DNA of 64,000 bases, from contig JBLDXI010000019.1 in NCBI GenBank assembly GCA_047495785.1, positions 3,559,881-3,623,880 on the forward strand. Reading direction: 5' to 3'. This document shows positions 1 to 12,400 of the stretch, piece after piece. Under the pieces are notes generated by a model. It was not told the DNA's origin. It ran no database searches and was given only the letters and a program-made list of their open reading frames with translations. The position numbers were made by a program, and so were the translations under genes. How positions within the stretch are numbered: position 1 is the stretch's first letter; the number at the start of each line of letters is the position of its first letter. This DNA comes from Lepidodermella squamata (Eukaryota > Animalia > Gastrotricha).

Positions 1-17
1 CCCTAATAATCGATACA

Positions 18-254
18 GTGTATCAGCAACTATTACATAACACAGTGAGAAATTCCACAGGCGAATATGGATTTACTCGGCTTCATAAGGCTGCAGATGC
101 GGGTAGCCCCAGCATTGTCCGTTACTTGGTCGAACAGATGAACGTGGATATTGATTGCAAAGACATGGCAGATGCCACGCCTCCTACACCGGGCTGCCAT
201 ATCTCACGAGTTGCAAACAGTCCGAACATTGGTCAGATTGGGGGCCAAGACTAG
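18..254 (+). pseudogene. Ankyrin-repeat protein fragment, frameshifted near 180
   Basis: GFTRLHKAADAGSPSIVRYLVEQMNVDIDCKD..ATP in one frame continues as LLHRAAISHELQTVRTLVRLGAK in the overlapping ORF 151..450; two ankyrin consensus repeats. Confidence 0.7.
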
Positions 255-675
255 AAGCGCTGGTCACGGGTCTCGAATAGTCGACGCCTGTTTAATCCCA
301 GGCATCCCATTAGCGCAATTGACGTTCGTTTCAACGTACATTACAGTCGTTTTACCTAATTTATCCTTTGTCCCGCTCTCTCCATCTCTCCCGCTAATAT
401 TTTGCAATTCATTACTGTATACCTTTTCCAATAAGGAGACGATGTGGTAAAACTGACTCTAGCTCATGACTGTCTATATTTTTAGCATCTTAATTATAAT
501 TCGCTGCCTCTAAGCAACAATCGCGGCGAAAATAGAAATAAAACAAAGATTGACATTGCCCATGGGCCTCCCGATGACATTTATGTGGGAAATTTGAACC
601 ATAACTGAACAAAAATTTGGCCCAAAGTCGTAAAAAAATTTGCGACGAAAAAAATAAAGGTAAAGAGCTGCGACC

Positions 676-1680
676 TACCTTGAAATATCGAAGTGAGTAG
701 TCATGCTTCCATGTACGCTGAATTCCAGTCGTCGCTCGTCGTCGTCGTCGCCAACTATGCGCGGAGTCATCAGCTGATGATAGTGGTGATTTTCCAACAT
801 CTGCCCGATTTGACCACGCGTACCTAAAAAGATTAATAAAAAATAATTCAGACTAACACGAATTTTAGAATTTAGCATTAAGAGACGAAATTTAACCGGC
901 CATCACTGAACATTATCGGGTTCCCTAACGCACTTTCTTAGCGTAGATTAACGCACGAATTATTACTCAACCCTCGCATTCTTTGAATCGCATTTGCTTG
1001 TCTTCAACGGTTTATCTTGAATATTAATTCTCAAGGGTGAATAGAAATAGCAACTACTCTAATGCTCATTCCCTGCTAATTTGAATTCAAAGAATAGAGA
1101 TAAATTTTATACACGAAATAAAATTAAATTGGAAGTTATGCTGATAACTTGACGAGTAATTCCGAAAGCAATTCGTTGAAATAACTAGTTCAGACGTCTA
1201 CCTTTGGCAATTTTTTAAAAAGACGGAAGACAATTTTCCTACCTTTGAATTGTACTTTTAGTCGGGCAAGGAATCCTTCGTAGCCATAAGCCGAATTATT
1301 ACCAATACTCCCGAAATGCTGAGCACACGTTGGAAGGTGCACGGCTTGATGCAGGTTGAACATGAGGATTTGATCGCCACACAGTAGTTGATGCGTCTCG
1401 TTGACGTAGCCATTCAGCAGCGTCTCGCTTGCGATAGTTGATTCAATAAATCACGGTTTTGCCAGCCGATATTCAAACTGAGAAGCAGGCGGACAAATGA
1501 TGCTGCGCGACCTGGGCCCATCCTCACTGGCGGAATGCCTAGAACCAAATAGGCGTCGACGAACATTGGAGACCATGTATATTCCCCTCAAGTTCTTCAC
1601 TCATCCTTTCGAAGCAGTTTCAGCAGTGGGCGAAGCTGAACTGCCAGCAGAGATTCAAAGCGAAAGCAATTGAAGACCGC
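676..1680 (-). pseudogene. Degenerate second copy of the CACTA/EnSpm-type transposase (C-terminal exons)
   Basis: Minus strand 1243-1380 reads GDQILMFNLHQAVHLPTCAQHFGSIGNNSAYGYEGFLARLKVQFKG and 676-823 reads GTRGQIGQMLENHHYHQL. These match 12228..12824 and 9409..10118, with an intron (824..1242) at the same position. Confidence 0.75.
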
Positions 1681-2199
1681 CTAAAAAAGGCGTAAGAGCG
1701 CCTAAAAAAACTTCAAATACCAATGATTGTACCGCGAAGTTTCAACTTACGATAATAGAGATCAGGCGCATCACCATGGTTGTTGCTGCACAGAAATATC
1801 AAAGCGAGGTTGAAGGCAACAACCTTGCATATTTCACCACATGTACGCACGTAACATCAGGCACCATCAAGTAACATCAGGTAACATCAGGTATCCGGTA
1901 ACGTCGCGCCGTAGTATGTTGGTTTGGGAACTGCGCAACACCGTTCCATACGATTTTCTTTCCATCACAACAGTAATAAATCAAGAATGAACTTTGGAAC
2001 AATAGTTCAAACCTATTCACAGATGGAAAAATGTTAAAAATGTAACGTTTCCAACAGATAAACCTCTAACGACTTGTGGAATTAAAAAATTGGAGTTGTG
2101 GAAGCAAAGTTTTGGGGCCAGGGGACCGTTTAGGATTCTAGGTGATACTGATGGTTATGGCAAGTTATATTTAAGTAGCTCGATCAAAGAATCTATGTA

Positions 2200-2745
2200 C
2201 TATTTCACCGCCCTAAAATAGTATAAATTAAAAAATAATGTAGAACACCCATGCTCGCCAGGGCGAAGTTAGGGCAAGATGTCGTTCGCCTGATTATTAT
2301 AGATTGCACTTCGTTCAAATCATCGGTCTTGTTACAGGCAGGAAATCACGTGGCTCTGGATGGCGTCTCATTTCCTTGTCGATGCTTTGCGATGCAACTT
2401 TCGCTGATGTTCAAGTCGTGTGTTGGGCTGCGTTCAGTGTTAGTGGTTTTCGTAGTTTCAACAGAATGGTTTCCGGTGAACGAACTTCACGTGGTACCGT
2501 AGCATCTTCAGCGATGTGTTTGCAAACATGTCGATGTGTTGAATGTCGTACGTACGAAAATGGAACCTTCGACCGGATTGAAATTTAAATCTCCGAGGTG
2601 CAGGGACATGGCGATATGGTGGGCGATGTCACAAATGTGATGCCTTTGACACCAGTTCATCTCGACTCTACGTATACTTTGATCAACCGAATAAAAATGT
2701 TAACTGCACAATTAATAGTATATTTATTTCAGGGCGGTGAAATAG
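2200..2745. mobile_element. Putative MITE / non-autonomous TIR element
   Basis: CTATTTCACCGCCCTAAAATA at 2200 and the inverted TATTTCAGGGCGGTGAAATAG ending at 2745 (one mismatch in 21 bp); no clear TSD. Confidence 0.5.
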
Positions 2746-3460
2746 ACCCATAGCGAAAGATGCTGGAGATGTAAAAGAGCATCTAGTCAAGAAAGTCAAG
2801 CCCAAGTCCAAATGCAAAAAAAAAAATTAACCCATTTAACTGGGACGAAAAAAAAAATAGGCGGGACAGGTGACATGGGCACCCAAAAAAATAAACAAAA
2901 GTGATTTATGGGACACGTGGGACGCATAGGAAAGGCACATAAGTAGCAATGGCACATCGATGCAACTGCGAAAACAGGACTTGAATAATTGAAAAAAATA
3001 GACGAAATACTGGGACTAGTTGAAAAATAGTGAATTTGGTAGATGGCAAAAGCAGGTTGAATAGACATAGCAAAAATATGAGTGCGAGACATAGCAGGTA
3101 GATCGACATGTTGACAAAATAAATGTGACTAAAGTACAGAAGTGGAGGGCTCACTCACAACTGCATGGCAACTGCAGGTAACGAGCAGGCATAGGAGAGC
3201 ATTTCGACAAAAATGAATAAATGAATAAATTAATTAACTGATGAGACGGACGTGTGAAAAATATCGTGCAGGTGCATAACGACATAGGTCGAAATACGTG
3301 GTATTTCATATACACAGAAATGAATGATGACTGATTGAGCGAAACAAGAACATGAATATGAATAAAGCGAGAATAAATCAATCAATAAATGCATATGTAA
3401 GTGTGCATGGACAGATACGTGCTACGTGCATACGTGCACAATTGCTGCTAATCACTTACA

Positions 3461-6400
3461 TTACTCGTTACCATGACGATGCCTGTTCTTCTGCTGCTGC
3501 TGAGTCTTATGACTGCTGCTGATACTGCTCTCGCCTTGGCGCTTGTTGCCACTATCATGAGCAGGCTTGGATTTGGTGGCCTGCTTTGCGCTGCTGCTGG
3601 CCTTCTTCTCGCTCTGGCTGGCTTTCTGGTTAGCAATCTTGCTCCTTTTCTTGCTTCCTTTCCGGTTCGCCTTCTTGCTGCTGCTTTTGCCGCTGCGACG
3701 AGCTTCTTTGTTCTTGCTCTTCTTCTCCTGCTTGACTTTGTTAGCTTCTTCATTCTCTGATTCGTCGCTGGCCAGGTATCTCTTAGTGGCGGGTTTTTTG
3801 CCGCTCTTCTTCCCGCTCTCGCTTTCGCTGCTTGACGTTGCGCTGCTAATGACGTTGACGGGGCGAGTTTCGTCGCTTCGTTGAATTTGCGATAACGTCG
3901 AATTAGCGTGCGATGGCGGCGCCTCGACGTCGTGCGGGATTTGTCCTTGCTCGAGTCTCCCTTGTTGTTGTCTCTCCTTCTCGAGTAACTCCTGCTGCAG
4001 TTGATCTTGTTTGCGACGCATATCTTCCTGCGCAGCAGCTATGCGTAGAGTTCGTTTTAGTTCGGTCTCTTTCAACATTTCGGCGCGCAAGCGTTCGTTC
4101 TCAACACGCAATTGCTCGACATACTGCAAACGGTCTTGGAGTTGTTTCGACTCATCGGCGAGTTTTTGAGCCTCTTCGCGCCGTTTTTCTTCGTCTTCAG
4201 ACTTTTCGGTGACATTTTCTTCATCGCGTGGATTGGCGCCGGCTTGGTGCTCACCGGTTTCTCCATGCGGGATAGCGCGATGCTCGGCAGCCTCATCGCC
4301 ACTGATGTTCTCACCTCCACCTTCGGCTTCGTTCGGCCTTTTACCAGTTTTGGCATCATGATGTCGATGTCGATGTTGATGCTGATCTTCATCTTCATCT
4401 TCATCTACAGTATCTTCTTCATCATCGTCATCACCTTCGATATCATCATTTTCATCGTCGCTCTGATCATCGATCGATGAAGTGGTCATGGCTTCCTCAG
4501 GATCGTCGAATTCTTCGTCATCACGGTCGTCGCCACTTCCGATCGTCGTGACGTCATCTTCATCATTGTCATCATCGCTGCCGTCGACCTTGTCACCTAA
4601 GAAATTGCATTATTAGCTATGAAGACACAATGCGGCATAATCACTTACGACAGCCTGATCCTTGACTTGAACGCGATCGCGATGGAACACGCGCTAAAAC
4701 GATTGTTAATGATATTAATAATATGGCTTATAGAAAACAGAAGCCAAGGACAACTAACATTTCTCTGCAGAGGACGATTCGAGGAGCTGGCGGGTGATCG
4801 GACCCAGTTGGCTCGGCGGCATCTCCGCAGCCTCCTCCAGATAAGCATCTATAGATTCTTTATCGCGTTTGCCCGCCTTTTGATCCGTTCCCAATTGGCG
4901 GAAGCATTCATTAATTAATTTGACTGCGACATTGTCTTCGCGCGTCCCTTCTTTGGTTCCGCGAAGGATACGGAAAGCCTCTAAAAGAACACTCGTAATA
5001 TTAGGAAAATAACCAGCTGAAGGAGTTTAACAAAAAGGAAAGCGATATTCCGTTGACAGTTATATTGGAAAGTGACGTTTTGGTACTAGCTCATACCATC
5101 ATCAGACTCTAGAACAAAAAGAAAAGGAATTACAGTGATGGTACGAGCTAGTACCGAAACGCCTCTTTCAAATAAAACTGTCAACGGAATATCGCTTTCC
5201 TTTTTGTTAAAGATTGACCCAGTTCGGGTCTTTATCGGAACATTGAAGGAGTTTCAGTTACCATGAATTCCGCGGCGCGTCGTTTCGTCCGTAGGGATAC
5301 GCGGGGTCGACGATTTTCGATGGAGTTGCAGGACGTGATCTAGGAAATAGCCAGCCTGCATAAAAATACAAGGTAAAGACGGGAATTATTCTGTTACACA
5401 ACAAGCTTACAGGGAAAATACCGCTGTCGTTGGCCACAGCGGCTACGAGAGCTCCCGGTTGCGGGTTCCTATTAGGAAAAGTATTGATTTTTTCCCTCAA
5501 CACTTTCAGGACATCAACGTTGCGATGATCGACGAGCGATTTAACAACCTGTTTAAAAGCTAATATTTGCAAAAGCTATGACATAGTGTAACCGGTGTGA
5601 AGTCAACCGTGACGAACTGCCGCTCAGTTCGCCGAGGTTCTACGCATCACCGGCAACATAGCGCGGTTCCACTCGACTTACATCTCTACGGTTCACCGAC
5701 GTGTTAGCGCGATTCCTGTAGCCGACACAGTAGCTGATGTTGCGCATGACCGATCTTCATCATCCGGAACCAACACGGCCTCGAAAAACAACCCATTCTG
5801 ATAGTATATAAACCCTGTTAATAATGTTGTCAGACACTTGATACACACAAGTCAGGTAGTTGTTTATAGTATAATAAAACCTGTCAGTTGTTGGAGTCCG
5901 CCGTCTCTTGCCTAGACCATTCGAACCCCTGTTACATTTGGTGTCAGAAGTGGGATCTAGCCAAGAACGGCGGACCCCATGATCAAGCAGGAACCTGGCG
6001 ACCCGGAGGAGTGTAGGACTGCAGATAAAACCTTAGCGAAAGCTGGACGACCAATGGCCAGGACGTTCGACACCCGGAAGATGTAGCCACAACGAACGTC
6101 AAGGTGCCGACGACATAGACAATCTGCAAGGCAACGAGAATCGGCGGATCCTGGCAAGTATCGACATATTGATCGGACTGGATCAGACGGAATGATCGGG
6201 TGGATCGGACTGGGCGAAACTGGCAAGACAGCCTGGCAAGGATAGGATCGACGACCGGTTAGTCTAGGCCTGATCGTTTGCGGACAACGTTGCTAAGGAA
6301 ACGGATGGAATGGTGCAGGGCCTACAATGTAAAACTGTGTACTGTAGCGTTGACTGCCCACACTTAGTGATTAGTACGCGTAGTGCGTAGTATTGCGAGT

Positions 6401-9358
6401 TATGGAAATACTGGCTAACCCTAGCACTGGTAATACCGGGTGCATGCAGCTGCTTTGGAGGAAAGACATGATGGTTTCAGACCGATAACCGACTTCAGCC
6501 CTAACCCCAGCCCTAAGACGGTACGGACAAGTGGATGAGTTTCCTTACACGGACGTAACTTCTGGTTGTCACCGATAATATTGAACGGAGACGAGGGCGT
6601 GTTTGTCCAGCAGCAGTTGTCGTATATATGGTTGTGGAACGAAGTTTGTTATGGAGTATGCCCTTCTTGAAAGGAAGAAGGAAGAGACTGTCGCAATATA
6701 GTGAAGCTAACGACCGGACGGTACCGTAGACACGCGCCGCATTTACGTCGGGAATCAAAAGTTCGGCCGAACCTTCTTCACCTGGAGCCTGACGTACAGA
6801 ATGCGAGCGAATGACTGACAATTGAGAGCGATGTGATACTATGATTGTACAATCCTGGAGACGCATAGTCTGGAGATGTCCCAGGTGACGACCTGGAAGG
6901 GAGCGGTAGTTCGCAAGGATTTTTGACTGGGTGATATGGTAAGAAAACCCCCGAAAGGCGGCTCGCTCCGAGTTGGCTGCTGGATGATGGATGGCGCCAC
7001 TTGTGATGTTGTTTGAACACCCCTCGAAGTCGCCAATTGCAGTCTTCTTGGACTGGTTTAACCGCGTTGATCATGACGCCGCTGAACCTTGCTGGGCGAT
7101 TGTAGCCGTGAAAGATGCTGCGACGAAGCGTGAATGGCATCGGAGTATCTCTAAAGTCGCAACGTCGATTGAGGAAGTGACGAACCCTGTAACCAGAAGC
7201 CGAGGTGATGATGATAATGGAAAGGGCGGGTGGCGAGTTAAGAGCCGTCGACTTAGTAAACCTTCTCTATGACACATATTTCTGGAGAGAACTACACGAT
7301 CGAGTCTGACGCCATGTGTTCGAGGAATAGCCCTGGTGTGTCGAACTGGCCGAGTAGCGAGTGCACTTTCTCGTCATTGGTGATAGTTGCTCTTCTGATT
7401 CAGTCTTGTGTTGTGCGTTATAAACCTTCTAAGCTTGTGTCTGCACCTATCTTTTATTAACTTGGAAAAAAGAGGGATGGGAATATCATGTCGGGACGGA
7501 GTGGAGTAGCCATTAACAACCACCGTAGCAAATTAACAAGTCGATTAATAACAATTGTGCCAAGCCGTAGTATAGTTTATGTGCGCCGACACGGATTATG
7601 GACTATTACTAACATTATGACCTTTGTTGCTGGTAGTATAGTTGCATAGTAATAGTGTTGTATATAGTAGTGTTGTTTAGAGCTATACTGTTACGATTCC
7701 TGTAAATCAAACAGATACGCCTGCTCTAATATGTGATGAATTGAAGCAACTCACGACCAAGATGCAACTCAAATCTTCCGTCGGGTACTACGCCGCATGT
7801 GAACCACAGCTGCACAACGTTTCCGGCCACGCCGTAGATTCGACGATGACGACTCATCGGCAACCACCGTTACAGTGGCAGTTGCAGCATCTTTTACTAC
7901 GGGGCGGACATTGACTTCAACCTCGGCGTCGACCAGTGTAGCAGCCTCGACGGTTTCCGCGGCCATTGCGCGGGCACCTACGTCAGGAACTGTTTCGGAC
8001 ACCGACTGCGGCATGCGGGTAGTTTGAGGATTCATTGATCCCGGTGGATCACTCCTCAACCACCGTAAATACGACGCGGTAATCGCAAGATCGCGGGCAT
8101 GTCCGCTATGACGGAACAGAAATGACTCATAGGTGCGAAGAGCTGCTGCCACTAGCTCCTCGACGCCAGCACCGGTCGTTAGGTCGTAAGTTCGGCCAGA
8201 GATGTCACTGGATGCTGGGCTGATGGCACCCGAGCGTTGATCTTCGACGTTGGACATACTGGGCGTAGTTGTATTGCTTGAAGTTATGGAACTGCCTCCG
8301 ACATGGTCATTTTATATGGTAGTCAGCGAACGATACGCGGTCACGATTCAATGACTCTGTGGATAACTGTTTTCATGGACACCCGTAGTCATAGGTTAAA
8401 CGGGGAGGAATTGTAACCGGTGTGAAGTCAACCGTGACGAACTGCCGCTCAGTTCGCCGAGGTTCTACGCATCACCGGCAACATAGCGCGGTTCCACTCG
8501 ACTTACATCTCTACGGTTCACCGACGTGTTAGCGCGATTCCTGTAGCCGACACAGTAGCTGATGTTGCGCATGACCGATCTTCATCATCCGGAACCAACA
8601 CGGCCTCGAAAAACAACCCATTCTGATAGTATATAAACCCTGTTAATAATGTTGTCAGACACTTGATACACACAAGTCAGGTAGTTGTTTATAGTATAAT
8701 AAAACCTGTCAGTTGTTGGAGTCCGCCGTCTCTTGCCTAGACCATTCGAACCCCTGTTACAATAGCATTGAAGAAAACTCACATAAGACTTGTTAATGCC
8801 CGGGTAGGGGTCGACAGGCTGAGCGGGTGCGGCCTTCTTCATCTCCTTCAACGTTTTCGATATTTTTCGTAGGCGCATTTCACTGGAATGTTGCAAGCAA
8901 TAAAGCTTGCAGATTTGCTTCTGAAATTCAAATACCATGTTAAAAGCCATATCACAGCATTGCTACCGCATTGTGAGTGACACATCTCACGTGAAAGATA
9001 ATTTTGAGCACACCTGAGATTTTCCTTTCCTTTCCTTTCGTTACCTTTCCTTATTCCGAACCTTTGCAAAGAATGGTAAAAACATAGTTATCTCAGTTTT
9101 TGATTTGAAAAAAATTTAGAAATACCTCGACCATTTCATTTTAAAAATCGAGTTCCCGAATAATGACACAATAATTTCATCAGAGTTCTTCATCATACTG
9201 TATCACGAGACCAGTTAAAACGCGTTCTTTCCCTAGGAACTGCAAACAATCATCTATTCAAAACAAAGTTATAACTTGCCTCTGGCGATAGCCGCATGAA
9301 ATCCCGCTTCTCCTCTTCCGTGATCTCCGTTGACGATGGCTTCTCTTTTTTAGGCATC
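3461..9358 (-). CDS. Uncharacterised multi-exon gene downstream of the CACTA transposase (acidic, coiled-coil and Lys/Ser-rich C-terminus); possible accessory gene of the element, may be decayed
   Basis: 342-aa ORF 3461..4489 plus upstream exon-like segments with GT/AG borders, e.g. PYPGINKSY|gtgag...aaacag|VVKSLVDHRNVDVLKV across the LTR insertion. The 5' exon structure is unresolved. Confidence 0.45.
5026..5211. mobile_element. Palindromic MITE in an intron
   Basis: ~75-bp imperfect inverted arms TTTAACAAAAAGGAAAGCGATATTCCGTTGACAG... / ...CTGTCAACGGAATATCGCTTTCCTTTTTGTTAAA. Confidence 0.7.
5587..5936 (+). repeat. 5' LTR
   Basis: TG...CA ends, internal TATATAAA and AATAAA; appears identical by eye to 8412..8761. 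Confidence 0.93.
5939..5956 (+). promoter_or_regulatory. Primer-binding site complementary to a tRNA-Leu 3' end
   Basis: TGGTGTCAGAAGTGGGAT, 2 nt after the 5' LTR. Confidence 0.85.
7769..8257 (-). CDS. Antisense ORF (162 aa) in the 3' internal region of the LTR element, basic C-terminus, function unknown
   Basis: ATG-initiated, the longest ORF in the element, ends RRGRKR...RRSTRRKI. Confidence 0.3.
   Translation of the reverse strand: MSNVEDQRSGAISPASSDISGRTYDLTTGAGVEELVAAALRTYESFLFRHSGHARDLAITASYLRWLRSDPPGSMNPQTTRMPQSVSETVPDVGARAMAAETVEAATLVDAEVEVNVRPVVKDAATATVTVVADESSSSNLRRGRKRCAAVVHMRRSTRRKI
8398..8410 (+). promoter_or_regulatory. Polypurine tract
   Basis: AAACGGGGAGGAA immediately before the 3' LTR. 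Confidence 0.75.
8412..8761 (+). repeat. 3' LTR
   Basis: Direct repeat of 5587..5936 followed by ATAG. Confidence 0.93.
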
Positions 9359-9408
9359 TAAATAAATTATATGAAGAAATTTAGTAATCCTAGTGTAATC
9401 TTCAAATT

Positions 9409-12400
9409 TCAATACAAGTCTACGCTCAAATTCCACGGAACCGCGTCAAATGACTGATCGCATGGTTTTGTAACCGGTATTAAAATTAATCGCCTGCGTA
9501 ACTGCGACATAGGGATTAAACAAAAGCTATTTTTCAAGACGCTATCAATAAAAGAAAAATCTAAAATTCTATAACTTGTTAAAATACGCTTAGATAGTTC
9601 GTGTTCTATAGCCGGCCTTAAATCGTCAATGGCAGCGTTGATATCAGCCGGAAACCGCTCACGCGGGGCCGTGGAGATCGCATTGAGACGGCGCAGGACA
9701 ACGCCCGGTGAGTTGCGATCATACTTGATGAGGCGACATAAGGCTAGTAGATCTTTCGAATTGCTGGCGGGCTCCCCTGCTATTTCGCCGGGAAATTCGA
9801 TAAAGCAGAGAAGTTCCACAGGAATCAAGTCATCACGAATCAGCGCTTCAATCGCAAAAGACCGCGGCAACCTCCGGCGAGCCCCGTGGTGTAACCAGCT
9901 CCCATCAAAACGCTGGTGGCGATAGCGGCATGTAGTGAAGATCTTGCACTTAGCTGGTGTTACTTGAAGCAATGCACGCAAAATGGCGAGGTAATCTTCG
10001 GAAAGGCGAATGATGCGGTTTGAACCCGTTGTCTCCTTGTCATCTCCAGCCAGGCGAGGAGTAGTTAGCTGGTGATAATGATGGTTCTCTACCATCTGCC
10101 CGATTTGACCTCGGGTACCTAAATTATAAAATAGTACATGTAATTTCAAATTTGTAAAGTTAATCAGCGTTATTTCACTGATGAATGACATCAACCTAGA
10201 ATTCCTAGGTTTCGGTGCCGATGGCTTTTTTGTTGAAGAATTTGTTCACTTAACACCTCTAACCCTAAGCCTCATTGCAGACGCCTACCGCAATTCGCTG
10301 TCAGCCGAGCGGTCGCATACCTCAACGACGTCTATGCCTGTTGTTATTCGGAAATTAGATTGGAAATATCGAAAAAATGGAGTTAGTATCGTCGAATGGC
10401 TTACATTTGAAATTCGCTGAAGGACTAACGAGATTGCTTAGTAAATTGCTACTATACGAGTCGTTATTTAATCGGCTGATTCCCGCTAATCTTGTTATTT
10501 GGATCGACCCCGAGTCTGCTCCCATTTTCCGAGTCCGGGCTACCGAGATCACTGACTCAGACCGTGGACGTGAATCTGCGATCGGGCGTACCTTGCGGTT
10601 TCCTAGGGTTCGCGACCTTCGTGATCCGTCTGAGAAGGGTCATGAGAACTGCACGACCCTAACTAAACTTTTGCCTATGAAAGTCGGGCCGATGCGGCGC
10701 TTCCTGGAAGGCAACCCATCAGCAGCAAGACTGCTGGTCGAGGTCGCGAAAAGCAACTCGCAGTCGGTGCTGTCGATCCAGTGGAACGTCAGCGTTTGGA
10801 CGAACTTGCCGCCGCTGCCGCCCAGACACGGTTGAAAGGCAAGGAAGTCGTTGTTTTTGATGCGCTGCAATCTCACATGGCCCAGATTCGTGAACACCTT
10901 GCGCATTTTGGTGCCAATCCGGTCAACGCTCCTAAACGCGGACTCACCAACCTTATAGTCGCAACGTTGCTAACACGACCAAGGAGTATAAGGAAGCTTT
11001 TCATCGAAAGTCTCATCGCATACAATTGAGTCCGTCAATGTTAAAGTTTACATGAAGGAGCCACATTATCACTGCTTTCATTTTCTCGGGCGAGTTGTTT
11101 GATCTATGCTGTCGCAAAGATTTAATACTGGATTTAATAATACTAGCTTATTTGTTGTCCTATGGCGATTCGGCTAATAAACCCCGGTAACAATCCAGGC
11201 TGTAACGAAATTCCGACAACATTCAACTGGCTAATGTTAAACATATTCGGAGTTCTCACTCATTTTTCACATGACAATAATGACTACCGCCGAAATCGAA
11301 GAACAGTCCCATTCAATAATGAGAACAACTCTGTATAACCCTAGAATCTGCGCTATCGAGTCGTGGTAAATAAGACTTTTCGAAATTTCATTTCAAAAAT
11401 TGAATTCGAAAACCTAAGCGCATATCAAATACGATTTCTTGTATTCTTGAATTATCGATCGCTGTCATTGGCCACTACGGCCACGCCACAGCCCAATTGA
11501 GGGTTTCGATTGGAACAATTGTTCATCTTGTCTCTCATCAGTTTAACTACGTCGACATTCCTATAGTCAACCAATGACTTCACAATCTGTTAAAAGCTAA
11601 TATTTGCAAAAACCTGACATAGAGGTACCAACCTCTACGTTAGACATGTTTTACTTTCGCCCTCTGATCGGCATCTACTATCTTTCTTTCTTCCTCAAAA
11701 AAATTGACTTCACCAATAAACACGAGACGAATGCTAGTCAGCGGCAGATAAAGCTCATGGAATCTCTTGCAAAATAAATTCGCACATTCCTCCTGGGTCA
11801 ATGAAATGCTAGTTAAGTTGACACAATCTTTCCTTACGGATGCTGGTATTAAACTGGCTATGACTCGAAACAACGTATTTTCCCAAATATTTGCGCAATT
11901 TACGATGCTGTGGTATTCCGATGAGGAAAATCGTCAAAGATTGTCGAGAGCCATTTTTAAATTTGAGACCCTTGCTATTTCCTTATTTGTTACATGCTCA
12001 TTCACCTCCTAGCCCTAGTCCGACTCATTTTAGCCATCAGGATTTCTCAGGCAATAATAACGATATTTTGACAACATTCATGAATAATTTGGAGGGGAAA
12101 TGACATGTGACATATATTGTGATTGATCGACACACAAAGGCGACTACGAGAACAAAATTTTGTCGCATTTCGAACTGAGACATTTAATCAATTTCAAATC
12201 TATCAAAAGTAATACTAAGCAGCAATTTTATATGTACTTACCTTTAAACTCATGTTTAAGGTGCGAAAGGAAGCCTTCGTAGCCATAAGCGGATACATTG
12301 CTGACGTTACCAAAGAGCTCAGCAAAATCAGCAAGATGTAGCGCTTGATGGAGGTTGAACAGCAATGCCTCGTCGCCACCCATCAGCTGATGTGTCATAA

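Larger units (their letters stand above)
5587..8761 (+). mobile_element. Non-autonomous LTR retroelement (Ty3/Gypsy-like), 3175 bp
   Basis: 350-bp direct repeats 5587..5936 and 8412..8761 with TGTAAC...GTTACA ends; 4-bp TSD ATAG (5583-5586, 8762-8765); PBS and PPT present; no gag/pol ORF. Confidence 0.93.

Noticed and set aside
2780-3440. Terminus and subterminal repeats of the CACTA element
   Set aside because: Repetitive GGGAC-type motifs and a CCCAAG are present, but I found no matching opposite TIR or TSD, so element ends are not called
3473-4480. Hydrophobic plus-strand ORFs that look like membrane proteins (also 15499..15744 and 40848..41222)
   Set aside because: Antisense shadows of Lys/Glu/Asp/Asn-rich minus-strand coding sequence
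5957-7460. gag/pol in the LTR element interior
   Set aside because: Only short ORFs; no CCHC, protease, RT or integrase motifs recognised
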